Below, in pieces: positions 28,962-43,379 of a DNA stretch of 64,000 nt. Numbering within the stretch: position 1 is the first letter of the stretch; the number at the start of each line of letters is the position of its first letter. The notes beneath the pieces were generated by a model. The model was not told the origin of the DNA and did not search any database. It saw nothing but the letters and a program-made list of their open reading frames with translations. A program made the translations under genes and the position numbers. The stretch is from Eledone cirrhosa. Its lineage: Eukaryota. The stretch is from positions 70,556,001-70,620,000 of the forward strand of contig OZ024743.1 of NCBI GenBank assembly GCA_964016885.1. Direction: 5' to 3'.

Positions 28962-29686
28962 AAATATTCTCATATTTATGTTTGTATTGTAAATGACCAA
29001 GTTAGCTAGATAGGCAAACTGTAATATTATTATTAGTATATTTCTATCTAGCTAACTTGGTCATTTACAATACAAACATAAATATGAGAATATTTGTGTT
29101 TATCAAATATATTGATTTGTGTTAACCTATATTACACGGCTCAGAAATACTCTTTCTTTCTTCGAGCTATTTCATTGTAAATGATCGCCTGAGATTTGAA
29201 CTCATTATTATTGATTTTTCACTGCTCCTTCGTTGAGCTGATTTTAGCCCCATACAAACGGCTGTTATTTGTAGCAGCACGAGTATGAGGCTAGCTAGAC
29301 ACTGGATAACCGCATGAGGTTACCTCGTGTGCTAAACAGTCTTCCTAAATATTTTGAAGTGGAACATACCAATTTTTATAGTGCTTGCTGAGGAGATCAA
29401 AATGCGGTATTTTCTTCCACTTTTTCATTATTCGAAACATATTTGGATTTTAAGGTTTAAACCTGTCTACGGAACAGGTTTGATTTTGAAATTTAAATTT
29501 GTCCAAGCACTACGGCCATTGCCAGTACAATTTGTTTTTGTTGATTTATGATGTATTATCTTAAGTCATGATAGGCAAACTGTAATATTATTACTAGTAT
29601 ATTTCTATCTAGCTAACTTGGTCATTTACAATACAAACATAAATATGAGAATATTTGTGTTTATCAAATATATTGATTTGTGTTAA

Positions 29687-29690
<4 letters not shown>
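28962..29690. mobile_element. Short non-coding element with ~120 bp terminal direct repeats and an inverted 5' tail (Penelope-like architecture)
   Basis: 29008-29132 is repeated at 29569-29690; 28962-29012 is the reverse complement of 29043-29094; ends in (TA)n. Confidence 0.65.
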
Positions 29691-29735
<45 letters not shown>

Positions 29736-30145
29736 GAAAACGCTTGGCGCCGGGATCTGGATTTTACATATTTCGCTCTACATATACATATCTAATATAT
29801 TTATGTTCATTTACTGAAGAAAACCGCTACCTAGGGTTTCAATGCTCAATATTGACCATATCAGCAGATTGTAAGAGGGATCAAAACTAAGACATAATTT
29901 TCCGGCAGTTATACTAGTTTATAAAATACCATCAAAATGAATGCCTCATAGAACGCTAGTTTACAAAATAAAACGTGTTATAACAAAGGGAAATAACTCC
30001 AAGACGTAAATGTTTAATTGCGAAATTGTACGCGTTAGTATTCGTGTTGTTCTGTCCGCTGGCGCTGTGGGGAGGCCACCAATATGATTGACTAGTGCTC
30101 ATTTTATCAGTCAGATGTTCTAATGATGCTATATATATGTATACG

Positions 30146-30947
<802 letters not shown>

Positions 30948-31424
30948 GTATGTATATAGCACTAAACTCCAAAGTTAACATCACACAATTGTTTAAAACC
31001 TCCAGTGTAGAAATTAGGAATGCAATTCCGTATTTGGAACTTTGACATGAGAGGAACGTTTTGTTGCGTTAAATAATGTCAGCACAGAGATTCTACATAT
31101 ATAGTAATTCCCTGGAGCTATTATTCACTCTTGAAATGTTTGGTTTCAAGTCAATTACACCAACAATATCTTTTAACATCGGTATTAAATTCCTATTCAC
31201 AGTTTGTATTTCAATATTAACTACGGTATGTTTTTTCTATTCTTTTACTTGTTCCTATCATTATACTGCGACCACGCTAGAGCAGCATCCTGAAGGGATT
31301 TAGTCGATCATATCAACTTCTTCCTTTATCCTCCCCGCGTAAAATTGGTAATTAATTTATCGATCTGTTATTGATAAAATGCTGTGTTACGGGGCATAAA
31401 CTGTAAAATTAAACACACACACAA

Positions 31425-31490
<66 letters not shown>

Positions 31491-32018
31491 CGTATATATA
31501 TATATATATATGGGGGGGTCTGGAACTAGCTGTTGAAGCGGCAAGAACTCAGCCGTCAGGCCACGACACTTTCTAATATATAAATATATACATATATAGT
31601 AATTTATAAAATCCGAAGGAGGGCGCACTGAGTTTCAGATTGCACCAGCGTGCACCTACAAGCACACATGCACTCACATGCACTCACGCACACATACATA
31701 CATACATACATATAGTCTTCACCACCGATGATACTTAGGACTAATTTTAGTAATATAAATAGGTTTACTTGTCGAAGCGTGATCTACCGGGAGTTGCGAA
31801 CTTAATCTTGTATTTATCATTTGTTGCGAACATACATAATTCTGTTTGTCGTTTATTTCAAAGATAATTCCGTGTTTGTCGGTTATTTCGTAATTTGAAT
31901 TATTATTATTATTTTTTTTTTTCGTCTTTAATATTTTCGTTCACTGGTTTCAGACATTAGACAGTGGGCATGCTGGAGCACTGCATTAAAAAAAGGGAAA
32001 GAAAAAAAGATATAAAAA

Positions 32019-32145
32019 GGTACACAGAGTCTAAGTTTCCCTAGTGTGATTATCTCTCACTATTTTAGTACTTACAAGGCTCGACGCCACTTAACTTCGA
32101 TGATCGGCCGAGTACTGTTGCTTTCAACGTGATATAGCCTTAAAC
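32019..32145 (-). pseudogene. Degenerate 5S rRNA-derived sequence
   Basis: Minus strand GTTTAAGGCTATATCACGTTGAAAGCA..CTCGGCCGATCATCGAAGTTAAG..CGTCGAGCC..AGTACT..GGGAAAC..CTGTGTACC then a T-run parallels metazoan 5S rRNA, with many substitutions and an insertion. Confidence 0.75.
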
Positions 32146-32425
32146 AGTATTTCCGAACATAATTATATGTTTGCCGGCATTTGCCAACATCACTCTATGT
32201 ATGTTGATAGTTGCGAACATAATTCTATTTAGGCCTTTGACACAACAAGAGGAACATTTTCTGGAGCAATTAAGCGATGTTATCTCTAGGATTCTTCAAC
32301 ACATGAAGCATCTCGAGTCATTTTACTCTATAGAGATCTTTGCTAAGTCAATTACCTCTGCAATATCTTTTCATTTCCATAGATAGTGTGTATGAAAGCA
32401 TATGTATGTATATATATATATGTAT

Positions 32426-32472
<47 letters not shown>

Positions 32473-32617
32473 CACACACATATACATACACTCATATATA
32501 TATATATATACATACATATACACACACACAGGCGTATATATGTATATTTATGTATACATAATATATGTATATATATCCATTCGCGCTCATATTTATATAT
32601 ATATATATACATATACA

Positions 32618-32651
<34 letters not shown>

Positions 32652-32733
32652 CGGACATGTAATGGTATATGAGAGAGATAGAGGGAGAGAAAGAGTGAGG
32701 GAGGAGGGAGAAATAAATCGATAAGGAAATTAT

Positions 32734-32889
<156 letters not shown>

Positions 32890-33182
32890 AGTGTGTGTGT
32901 GTGTGAGTGTGTTTGTGTAGAGGAGAGAGAGAGTGACAGAGAGATATAGGGAGAGAGAGAGGGAGAAAGTGAGAGAGAGAAAAGATATAAATTTAGAGAG
33001 AGAGAGTGAAATAGAGAAAAAGCGAGAGAAACGTAGTGAGAGAGGTAGAGAGATGAGGAGAGAGATAAGGAGAGAGTGAGTGTGTGACAGAGAGACGATG
33101 TGAGAGCGGGTTGAGAGAGAGAGAGATTGAGAGAAATGGTTGAGAGAGAGAGTGACAGAGTGAGAGAAAGAGTGAGATTGAC

Positions 33183-33215
<33 letters not shown>

Positions 33216-33461
33216 TAAAACTCGAGGGAGAATTGGTAGAGCCGTTATTGATGGTACTTTCGTATGTTATATTTACCGAAGTAATTTTATATTGAAATAT
33301 ATTTGAAATAAAACCATAATTCAACTAAAATAAAAACACTGTTCTACCACTGATATATTTATATAGTAATTGGAAGAACTCAGCTCAAGCAAGCTGTTAA
33401 AACAGTAAAATGCCATGAAAAGATAGAAATTAGTGGTCAGAAATATATATATATATATATA

Positions 33462-33633
33462 CAGTGAAATTTTGTTATAATGAAATTCACTGGGTATAAA
33501 AAGATTCGTTGTAACGAAAAATTCTTTATAACAAGATCGACCTGACACATCAAGCGTGTGGTCAGAGATTGAAAAAATTTCGTTATACTGAAAAATTCGT
33601 TATAATGGTATTCGTTATAACGGAATTTTGCCT
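33462..33633. mobile_element. pogo/Tigger-like MITE
   Basis: TA flanks; imperfect TIR CAGTGAAATTTTGTTATAATGAA / TTCGTTATAACGGAATTTTGCCTG. Confidence 0.75.
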
Positions 33634-33719
33634 GTATATGTATATTCTCAGAATGCTAACAAAATGTATATTTGTAATGGAGCGGTTGCAGGTAGAAGTG
33701 TCCCGAACTCATGTATATA

Positions 33720-34262
33720 TATCATCATCATCATCATCATCAGGTCGAGCTTGCTCGGCTTTCTACGACACATTTCCTCCATCCATCTCTGTCTCTCATA
33801 GCGTTTGCCAGTTCTTCCGCAGTGCATCCAGTATCGTCCTCAAGTTTCTTGCTCCATAGATGGACTCCATAACAACACATCACCTGCTATTTCTTCCTTG
33901 CTGCGCCAACAGTGGCCACCAAATCTGAGTCTCTGTCCACGTATTGACCTGCTGATAGGTGGTATATTGCCATAGAGATCCTTATTTGTTGGGTGTTCCC
34001 TCCAAGACACGTTTAAAGCGAAAGTGTAGACGCCATGCAGCTCAGAATATCACCGATGTTGACTATGCGGATGATTTAGCGGTCCTCGCTGACTACCTTA
34101 AGGATGCAATATCACTACTTCACAGCATCGAATCAGTTGCAAAGGAAATCGGACTCTACGTCAACGCAGGCAAAACAGAATATATTTGCCTGAACCAAGA
34201 CTCCTCAGTTGGTATGCGAAGTCTAAACGGCGATATAATCAAGCAAGTTGACGACTTCAAAT
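33720..34262. mobile_element. RTE-clade fragment with 5' inversion
   Basis: 33720-33960 (-) is a C-terminus (QRLRFGGHCWRS) with (GAT)n tail; 33990-34262 (+) is RT core ITDVDYADDLAVL..GLYVNAGKTEY..QVDDFKY. Confidence 0.75.
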
Positions 34263-34309
34263 ATATATATATATATATAATTGTATCTATCAATCTCTCT
34301 CTCTCCCTG

Positions 34310-34373
<64 letters not shown>

Positions 34374-34389
34374 ATATATATATATGAGT

Positions 34390-34761
34390 AGAAGTGGTAT
34401 TTAATTTGTTGGAAGTCCGACAAACATAAATGTTTATAACTGATTTAGAGCACTCAACAGTTTACTGGAGTAAATATTCAATGATATTAAATAAATGGTA
34501 ACTATATTTATAAAACCATATTTATTTTATTATATATATTTCAAGGGTAACCAAGACAACATTGGTACGCTACCCTGAAAATCATACCTTATCGGTTGGA
34601 AGAATTTCCAACCGATAAGGTATGATTTTCATGGGTATGTTTATAAAACAAACTTTGTATTTTATCTGATGAAAGCGTACCAATCTTGTCTTCGTTACCC
34701 TTGAAATATATATAATAAAATTAATATGGTTTGATAAATATAGTTTCCATTTATTTAATAT

Positions 34762-34768
<7 letters not shown>
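34390..34768. mobile_element. Fold-back short element, family E, hammerhead at 34662-34718 (+)
   Basis: UUAU CUGAUGA AAG...CUU GAAA UAUAUA UA AUAA; inverted arm 34478-34575; relative at 41165-41897. Confidence 0.75.
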
Positions 34769-34821
<53 letters not shown>

Positions 34822-35014
34822 TAAAATAACAGATTAAAGTTTAAGCAAAGAATCGCTGCTGTCACCCTTAACGGGATCTTCTGAAAAGGAACCAGGTGGA
34901 CCATAACGCACCAAAGTACTCAATACTCAGGGTAGTAGAGACGGCTAATTCTGGACTAAGTCCAGAATTAGCCGTCGAAACGGCTTGAGCTCAGCCGTCG
35001 GGGTCCTACTCGTT

Positions 35015-35122
<108 letters not shown>

Positions 35123-35330
35123 CAAATGAATATGGAGAAGTGAAAAATAAAATGAAGATTCAAATAAAGTAGGATAAAGTGTGTGTGTGTGCTATAACCA
35201 ATCTCAAGGTCAGAAATATGTTGGATAGATTGGTTTGAGGACAAGATGTTTAAATAAGATAATCAAACAAAATGTGTTTGTGTTATAATCAATCTCAACT
35301 TAAAAATAAATATAAGGTGATACAGGACCG

Positions 35331-36321
35331 ACGACCCAAACCGCAGGACACGTAGGGGAAACGACCACCCCACAGATTCGGACCGTGAAGATAACAAAAA
35401 GCATAGCGCCCAAAGGGGAAGCAACAGTGCTGGAACCACCAGCAACCCAACAAATCTCCAACAAATCACGACGCCCCCGACCCACACATATAGTAGGAGA
35501 TACCGAAAAATCACGTGGTACAACCCACCCTACTCAGCGGCCCTAAAGAACAGCTTGGCCCGATCATTCTTTGGAGTACTTGATAAATGCTTACCGAGGG
35601 ACAATAGATACCACAGGATCTTCAACAGACACACTGTGCAGCTCTCGTATTCCACCACGAGAAATCTGGCCCAACACATAGCTAGCATCAACAGGAGTAG
35701 GCTTAAAAACCACACACAACCAGAAGATGGCAATACAAGCACTCAGCAGAACCATGTGAAAGGTGGGAAGGGGGGACCCAGAGCCCACCCAAGAAACCCA
35801 AACAGACCAGGGGACCCCCACCGTGCCTGGGGGAAGACCACCATGTAACACATAACGGGAACCCTAATCTAGGCACGCAGAGGTCGACCACCCTCAGCAA
35901 CTGCAGAAACCCCGAATCATGCCCCCTTGGTAATGAATGCCTTAAGAAGAACCTAGTATACGGTTGTAGGGTTAACACCCCCAACTCCGAACACCTCTAC
36001 ATAGGAGCCACATCAACGAGCTTTAAAGACCGTTGGTACAACCATCGCCGTTCATTCAAGAAGGAGGCCAAAAGGAAAAGCACGGCTCTCTCCGACCTGA
36101 TCTGGAAGCTTAAGCTGGACAGGACCCCATACTCTCTGGCCTGGTACATAATCAGGAAAGTACCACCCGATAAAGGGGGATCTTGCATATGCAAACTATG
36201 CCTGAACGAGACCCTCGAGATACTAAGAGGTGGAAGCGGCCTGATAAACCTCAGAACCGACTTCTTCGGGACATGCAGACACCTTAGAGCCGGGACCTTC
36301 CTCAAGATATATGGACAGTAG
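35331..36321 (+). pseudogene. Penelope-type GIY-YIG endonuclease C-terminal region (one frameshift near 35850)
   Basis: ITWYNPPYS..LDKCLP..IFNRHTVQLSYS; NCRNPESCPLGNECLKKNLVY..LYIGATSTSFKDRWYNHRRSF..STALS..IW.LK..CKLCLNE..LINLRTDFFGTCRH. Confidence 0.88.
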
Positions 36322-37504
36322 CAACACAAGAAGATGTGAACTCCCCTCAAGCTATAGGGACTTCTACAGAACATGTAGACACCTCTCGGCCAGACCTCCC
36401 TCAAGCTATATGGGCAGTAACAACACCCTAGGTTGTGAACTCCCCTCAAGCCATAGGGAACAACCCAGGCTGAGCAGACACCATGATAGCCTAGAGATTG
36501 AATCGGACACAGCCATTATAATTTGGCCAACATCTATATAACACAAACACATTTTAATTTACTTGATTTCTGATTTTCAAGTTCCAATTTTAAATCTTGA
36601 TTTCTCTTTATTAATTTGTTATTTGTTTTCTGTTCTCTTCACTGTATCACCTTATATTTATTTTTAAGTTGAGATTGATTATAACACAAACACATTTTGT
36701 TTGATTATCTTATTTAAACATCTTGTACCGCAAACCAATCTATCCAACATATTTCTGACCTTGAGATTGGTAATAGCACACACACACGTTATCCTACTTT
36801 ATTTGAATCTTCATTTTATTTTTCACTTCTCCATATTCATTTTCATTACTTTTTCACCAATTTTTCATTTATTCTTTATTCTTTATTCTCTATTTATTAT
36901 TTATTTTCTGTTTTCTTCATGTATTGCCTTATATTTCTTCATATACATGGAAGAACCCCCCAACTCCACCACCACCACCACCACCACTATGAGAGATGGT
37001 GGCAGGAGGGATGAAGAAAAAACACACAGAGATACTTCTAAATTGTCAGCAGCAGTAAGACATAAGCTGACCACAACACCACAACACTACCGAAATAATG
37101 GTAGAGGTCAAATGTACTTAACAATAGCAAACACAAACACTACAGGGAGCCTCACCCCAGAAAGAATTCTATAGACTTCTGACTGAGGAATGCTCTCAAA
37201 ACTGACCAATGGGAAGTTTGACACTTTTTTGTTATTTTGTTCCTTTACCACCTTGTTCCTTCTACCACTTTATCAATTTTTAAAGCTAACTCCAACAATA
37301 ACAACACTTAGAATGAGGAATGTTCTAACAACTGACCAATGAGAGGAGAAGAGGCCCTTTGACACTGAAATTCGTTTGTTTGAATTCATATGATTCCAGT
37401 TCCTCAGTGAAATAACAACCCAACCAAGAACTGGGCATATCAGAGTATTGACATAATTATTAGCCTCAACAACATATGTACTTGTCTATACCACACTAAT
37501 TCGG

Positions 37505-37559
37505 ACTGCCTGAAGAGGTCACAGCCAAAGATGGCTGTCACTGAAATATATATAGCAGT
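37505..37559 (+). ncRNA. Minimal type I hammerhead ribozyme at the Penelope 3' end
   Basis: ACUGC CUGAAGA G GUCACAGCC AAAGAU GGCUGUCAC U GAAA UAUAUA UA GCAGU, followed immediately by AAUAAA. Confidence 0.85.
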
Positions 37560-37625
37560 AATAAACGAAGCTAAATTTTAAACATTTGACTTTTTATTTC
37601 ACTTTATTATATATATATATATATA

Positions 37626-37836
37626 GTTTTAATATAGATGAGATTCTACAGGACTAGAACTGTTTCATTCTTTAGAAATCATCAGGAATCACTGATTCAA
37701 GGGATGCCTGATGATTTCTAAAGAATGAAACATTCTAGTCCTGTAGAATCTCATCTATATTAAAACTTTTATACTCTGCTATGTATTGAGTACCTTACTT
37801 ACTGTGGTTTCCTCCGATTCAACCCGGAATAACGTA

Positions 37837-37838
<2 letters not shown>
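37626..37838. mobile_element. Fold-back short element, family F, two inverted hammerheads
   Basis: GAUUC CUGAUGA U UUC UAAA GAA U GAAA CAG UUCUAGUC CUG UA GAAUC (37642-37690 -; copy 37703-37750 +). Family copies at 39508-39700, 44770-44875, 54480-54618 and 62695-62830. Confidence 0.82.
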
Positions 37839-37875
<37 letters not shown>

Positions 37876-38540
37876 ATAATAATAAATTTGAAGACTAAAA
37901 TCCAAAGAGGGCTCGATAAGGATAAATATATATCAAATATATAAGAACCGTAGAGCAAATATTTATATACATTTATATAATTATTTATTTATTTGTATAC
38001 ACGCATACACACACACACATATTTATATGTGCGTGGTTTTGTATACCGATGGTAAGTGTTCTGCGTATGCTTGTGTATGTACTATTTGTTTGCGTGTATG
38101 TATTTATTTATTTCTATTACTTCTGTATTGTATTTATTTACTTTATTCTTAACTCTGAAGCGGAGATTCATTCGGTCTCCTAGTTAGAATTTTAGTCTAC
38201 GACTTCTGCTATACCATTTACGTGGTTTTGTCTTTGCGTGCTATTGTTCTCCACGCTCCACATATGACGTATTATCTTCGTTTTTTTCGTTCATTGCCAG
38301 AGAACGTCTCTATGAACCACCTAAGAGAACATTAGTCTACGACCTCTTTTATACCATAAACGTGGTTCTGTCTTTGCGCGTAATTGTTTTTCACCGCTCC
38401 TATTAATGACGTATTATATTCGTTTTTTCCCGTTCTTAACCAGCAAACGTTTCCACGAACCAAAGTATCTTCTTCCTGTCTTCCTCCGGTTGCAACGTTT
38501 TTTGAAATATCCACTTCTGCGTTTACAGATTGACTTTGTT

Positions 38541-38591
38541 AGTTTCAGAAGATCCCGTTAAGGGTGAAAGCAGCGATTCTTTGCTTAAACT
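38541..38591 (+). ncRNA. Hammerhead-like motif with variant core CAGAAGA (family B)
   Basis: AGUUU CAGAAGA U CCC GUUAA GGG U GAAA GCA..UGC UU AAACU. Confidence 0.6.
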
Positions 38592-38616
38592 TTAATCTGT
38601 TATTTTAATAAATATA

Positions 38617-39296
<680 letters not shown>

Positions 39297-39320
39297 ATAT
39301 ATATATATATTTACACCTAC

Positions 39321-39352
<32 letters not shown>

Positions 39353-39709
39353 TTCTACCTTGAGCTGCGACCGATAGATGGTATTAACAATTGGAAAGAC
39401 CAACGGAAACATTGTTCCCTCGTTCCGATTTGACGAAACGTGATCGATCCTTTATATATATATGTAAATACACACACACATACACATGTATATGTATACA
39501 TATATATATTTAATATAGAAAGGCTTCTACAGGACTAGAACTGTTTCATTCGGTAGAAATCACCAGGAAGCCTGATGATTTCTACCGAATGAAACAGTTC
39601 TGGTCCTGTAGAAGCCTTTCTATATTAAATATTTATACTCTGCTATGTATTGAGTACCTTACTAACTGTGGTTACCCCGGATTGAACCCGGGATAAACTT
39701 ATATATATA

Positions 39710-40553
39710 CTAGCATTAAAGCCCGGCGTTGCTCGGGGTCAGTAAGTTACCAAAGTTAGGTTGCACCACCCATTTTATGGCAGCACTATTTTGTCTGCCA
39801 TGCACTGGGTGAATGAATTGCAGACCTGGAAGCATGAGCTGCGCCAGCAGTGACAATTGTAATTTCGCTCATGGATATTATCTCTGTGCAAAGAAGTGTT
39901 GAAATGTATTGTTTCACAGTACTTGCGCAACATGCGCGTAGACGATGCCAGCCGAACAACAGAGCTGCGATTGAGTTGTTCTGCATGGTTGTCTAATGTG
40001 TGTTTTCTAAATTTAAGACAGTGGGGAGTGGTTTGATATGACCTAATAGAGGATATTATTGTGTATAGTAAATAAACTGATACTTCTTTCTTCCACATTC
40101 GTTGAGAGGTGTTTTAAAAAAGATTTATCCCTATTTTTTTGTTGTTGAATAAATTTATCTGTTGCTTTTGAATAATTGTTGTTTCGTATGAAATGTAATA
40201 AGTTCTCTTCGTTGTCTTCTCTCTTCTTTCTTCGGCGTTCCTAAAGGAAGTTTGTAAGTTTAAGCGTATATAAGAGAAAGTTGCAGCATGTATGTAGTTT
40301 TATCAAATTTTAAGGGGCGTAGAGGAATTCACATTGTATTAGAGGGGTAAAGCGTCATGTATTTAGTTTTATCGATTATTTCCGTAATTGTGGGTGAGTT
40401 TGAAAGAAAGAAATAGTCGTTGACCCAAATTAGCCCATTTACAACATTCTTACAGACTTTGAGTCGAATCGGTTTGAAATTGGGCAAATGTATAAACATG
40501 GAACATTCACACACACACACACAAAACAACAATCTGCCTTTTATAGATAATGA
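39710..40553 (-). mobile_element. Non-autonomous Helitron, possibly retaining a decayed RepHel N-terminal fragment
   Basis: Minus strand starts TCATTATCTATAAAA and ends with hairpin CCCGAGCAACGCCGGG then CTAG; internal NCHC..CF..QCMADKIVLP resembles the Cys-rich C..C...CC..GKV.LP motif of RepHel proteins. Confidence 0.8.
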
Positions 40554-40579
40554 TATATATATATATATATATATTTTTT

Positions 40580-41143
<564 letters not shown>

Positions 41144-41164
41144 TATATATATATATATATATGC

Positions 41165-41893
41165 AAAGTTTTATTTAAATTGTTGGGTTACAACGAGTAA
41201 ATATTTATAACTGATATAAAAGCACTCAACAAGTATTTGGAGTATATTTACGATATAAATAAATGGAAACTATATTTATAAAACCATATTTATTTCATTA
41301 TATATATTTCAGGGATATCATATTGAAAATATGGTATGCCTTCTTCAGACAAAATACAATATAAACAGTCTTATAAATAAATAGATTTGACATACCTTAC
41401 AACTTCAACTTCCATTTAAAAAGTTGATTTGGTAGTGAAAAATGTTAGGGACAGTTATAAAAAGAAAGAAAGAAAGCGAAGAAAAAGAAGAAATGCATGC
41501 AACGAAAAACAGAGAGAGATAGATATAGAGAGATAGATAGAGAGAAGAAATTCATGTAAAGAAACAGAGAGGGATAGATAGAGAGAGAAAAAAACACAGA
41601 GAGAGATAGATAGAGAGAGAGAGAGAAGAGAGAGAGAGAAAAAAATAGAGAGAGATAGATATAGATAGAGATAGAGAGAAAGAAAATAGGTAGTTGGGCA
41701 CCAGTTGAAAGACGTATCAATGATATATTTATTTATTTATTTATTTATTTATTTAGTTCTAGTATTATTTATAAGACTGTTTATATTGTATTTTGTCTGA
41801 AGAAGGCATACCATATTTTTAATATGATATCCCTGAAATATATATAATGAAATAAATATGGTTTTATAAATATAGTTTCCATTTATTTATATC

Positions 41894-41897
<4 letters not shown>
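41165..41897. mobile_element. Fold-back element, family E variant; hammerheads at 41793-41850 (+) and ~41296-41353 (-)
   Basis: UUGU CUGAAGA AGG...CCU GAAA UAUAUA UA AUGA; arms separated by a GA-rich spacer. Confidence 0.75.
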
Positions 41898-41943
<46 letters not shown>

Positions 41944-41948
<5 letters not shown>

Positions 41949-42340
41949 TAGTCCTTCATCAGTGATCTTCCAACCATCATTGGTATTTCATCGCTTTAAA
42001 GACCATATACCTCCGGTTGGTGCGACCCACGGCTAAAAAAGGTCGTTGGGACACGTAAATAAAGGGGACAAGAGTGTAAACAAACAAAAATGGTGAAGCA
42101 ACGAAATAGAAATTTGCGACTTGACTCCTTCTTCCTCACCTTTCGTTGCTTCACCATTTTTGTTTGTTTACACTCTTGTCCCCTTTATTTACGTGTCCCA
42201 ACGACTTTTTTTAGCCGTTGCTCGCACCAACCGGAGGTATATGGTCTTTAAAGCGATGAAATACCAATGATGGTTGGAAGATCACTGATGAAGGACTAAC
42301 TTTATTCATATGTAACCCATTAGCAACCCCGCAGCACGTT

Positions 42341-42347
<7 letters not shown>
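41944..42347 (+). mobile_element. Fold-back element, family H, carrying a rearranged hammerhead
   Basis: 41944-42103 is the reverse complement of 42141-42304; flanked by (TA)n. Confidence 0.85.
42195..42296 (+). ncRNA. Putative non-circularly-permuted hammerhead ribozyme (copy 1)
   Basis: GGUA-UA^-UGGUCUU (42236-42248) ... U-GAAA-UACC (42257-42265) ... AAGAUCA-CUGAUGA-A-GGAC (42278-42296); helices covary with copies 2 and 3. Confidence 0.75.
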
Positions 42348-42372
<25 letters not shown>

Positions 42373-42449
42373 CTATCTATCTAAGGCGGGTAAAATTCCC
42401 GAGATCCATGGACGAGTTCTCCCCAGCGGTCTCTGTCCCTCATTATCGC

Positions 42450-42564
42450 TGCCATGTCCTTTGGGAGCCCCTACATGGACACACTGGAAGAGGAAGACCA
42501 AGGTTAACATATGTTGATGCCCTAAGGACAGACACTGGTCTGTTGGAGACGCAGGACATGGCAG

Positions 42565-42568
<4 letters not shown>
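42450..42568 (+). mobile_element. Small RTE C-terminal fragment
   Basis: VLWEPLHGHTGRGRPRLTYVDALRTDTGL. Confidence 0.65.
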
Positions 42569-42602
<34 letters not shown>

Positions 42603-42818
42603 GGGTCCGGGTATATTTTCAATACCCGAATTACTTGATCGTTTTTTTGCTATGCGAATGATTGTTTAACCATCGTCTCAGTGTGTTTGGCCTTTAACGT
42701 TTGTTATAGCTCTGGTTCATCTTAATCATTGAGCACTTGCCGCACATCTCGGAGGTTGTTTTTTGTTATTTCGTGGGCCGAAATGCGAATCTCGATAATT
42801 TATGTTTATATATATACT

Positions 42819-42871
<53 letters not shown>

Positions 42872-42982
42872 AAATATAAAGGTTTCTAGGATTAATAATA
42901 TAAATATCTAGCTGTGTATTGTTTGTATTTATATAAGGTAACTAGGATTAGGTACATAGATAACTAGCTCTCTCTCTCTCTT

Positions 42983-43042
<60 letters not shown>

Positions 43043-43379
43043 TATATTATATATGTAAGTGTGTGTGTCTGTGTTTGTGTGTCTGTGTATTTATATATAT
43101 ATACCTATGAGTGAAGTTCCACACATACACACATATTCATACGTGTGTGTATGTGTATGTGTACATGTGCGTGTGTGTCTAAGTGTGTGTAATGCCATAC
43201 ATAAACAACCGACAAGAAGATATTATCAAGTATATCAAGTATGAAGCCATTCAACAGGTTCAGGTCCTTCATATAGAAACCTGCTAATGGATTTACTATA
43301 GCGACATAACTACCACTAATATCACCTTACCACTATGACCTATACTACTTTCATATCTACTACCAACTATCGACTGACA

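Noticed and set aside
42195-42296. Twister, pistol, HDV or canonical type II hammerhead reading of the family H motif
   Set aside because: GUCCCAA and UAAAGCG resemble twister/pistol words, but the required pseudoknots are absent. A type II fold has no UH before stem I and no stem II. The C-B-A fold explains all three copies.
42599-42800. Tc1/mariner end TA|CAGGGGTCC
   Set aside because: No matching second TIR or transposase homology found.
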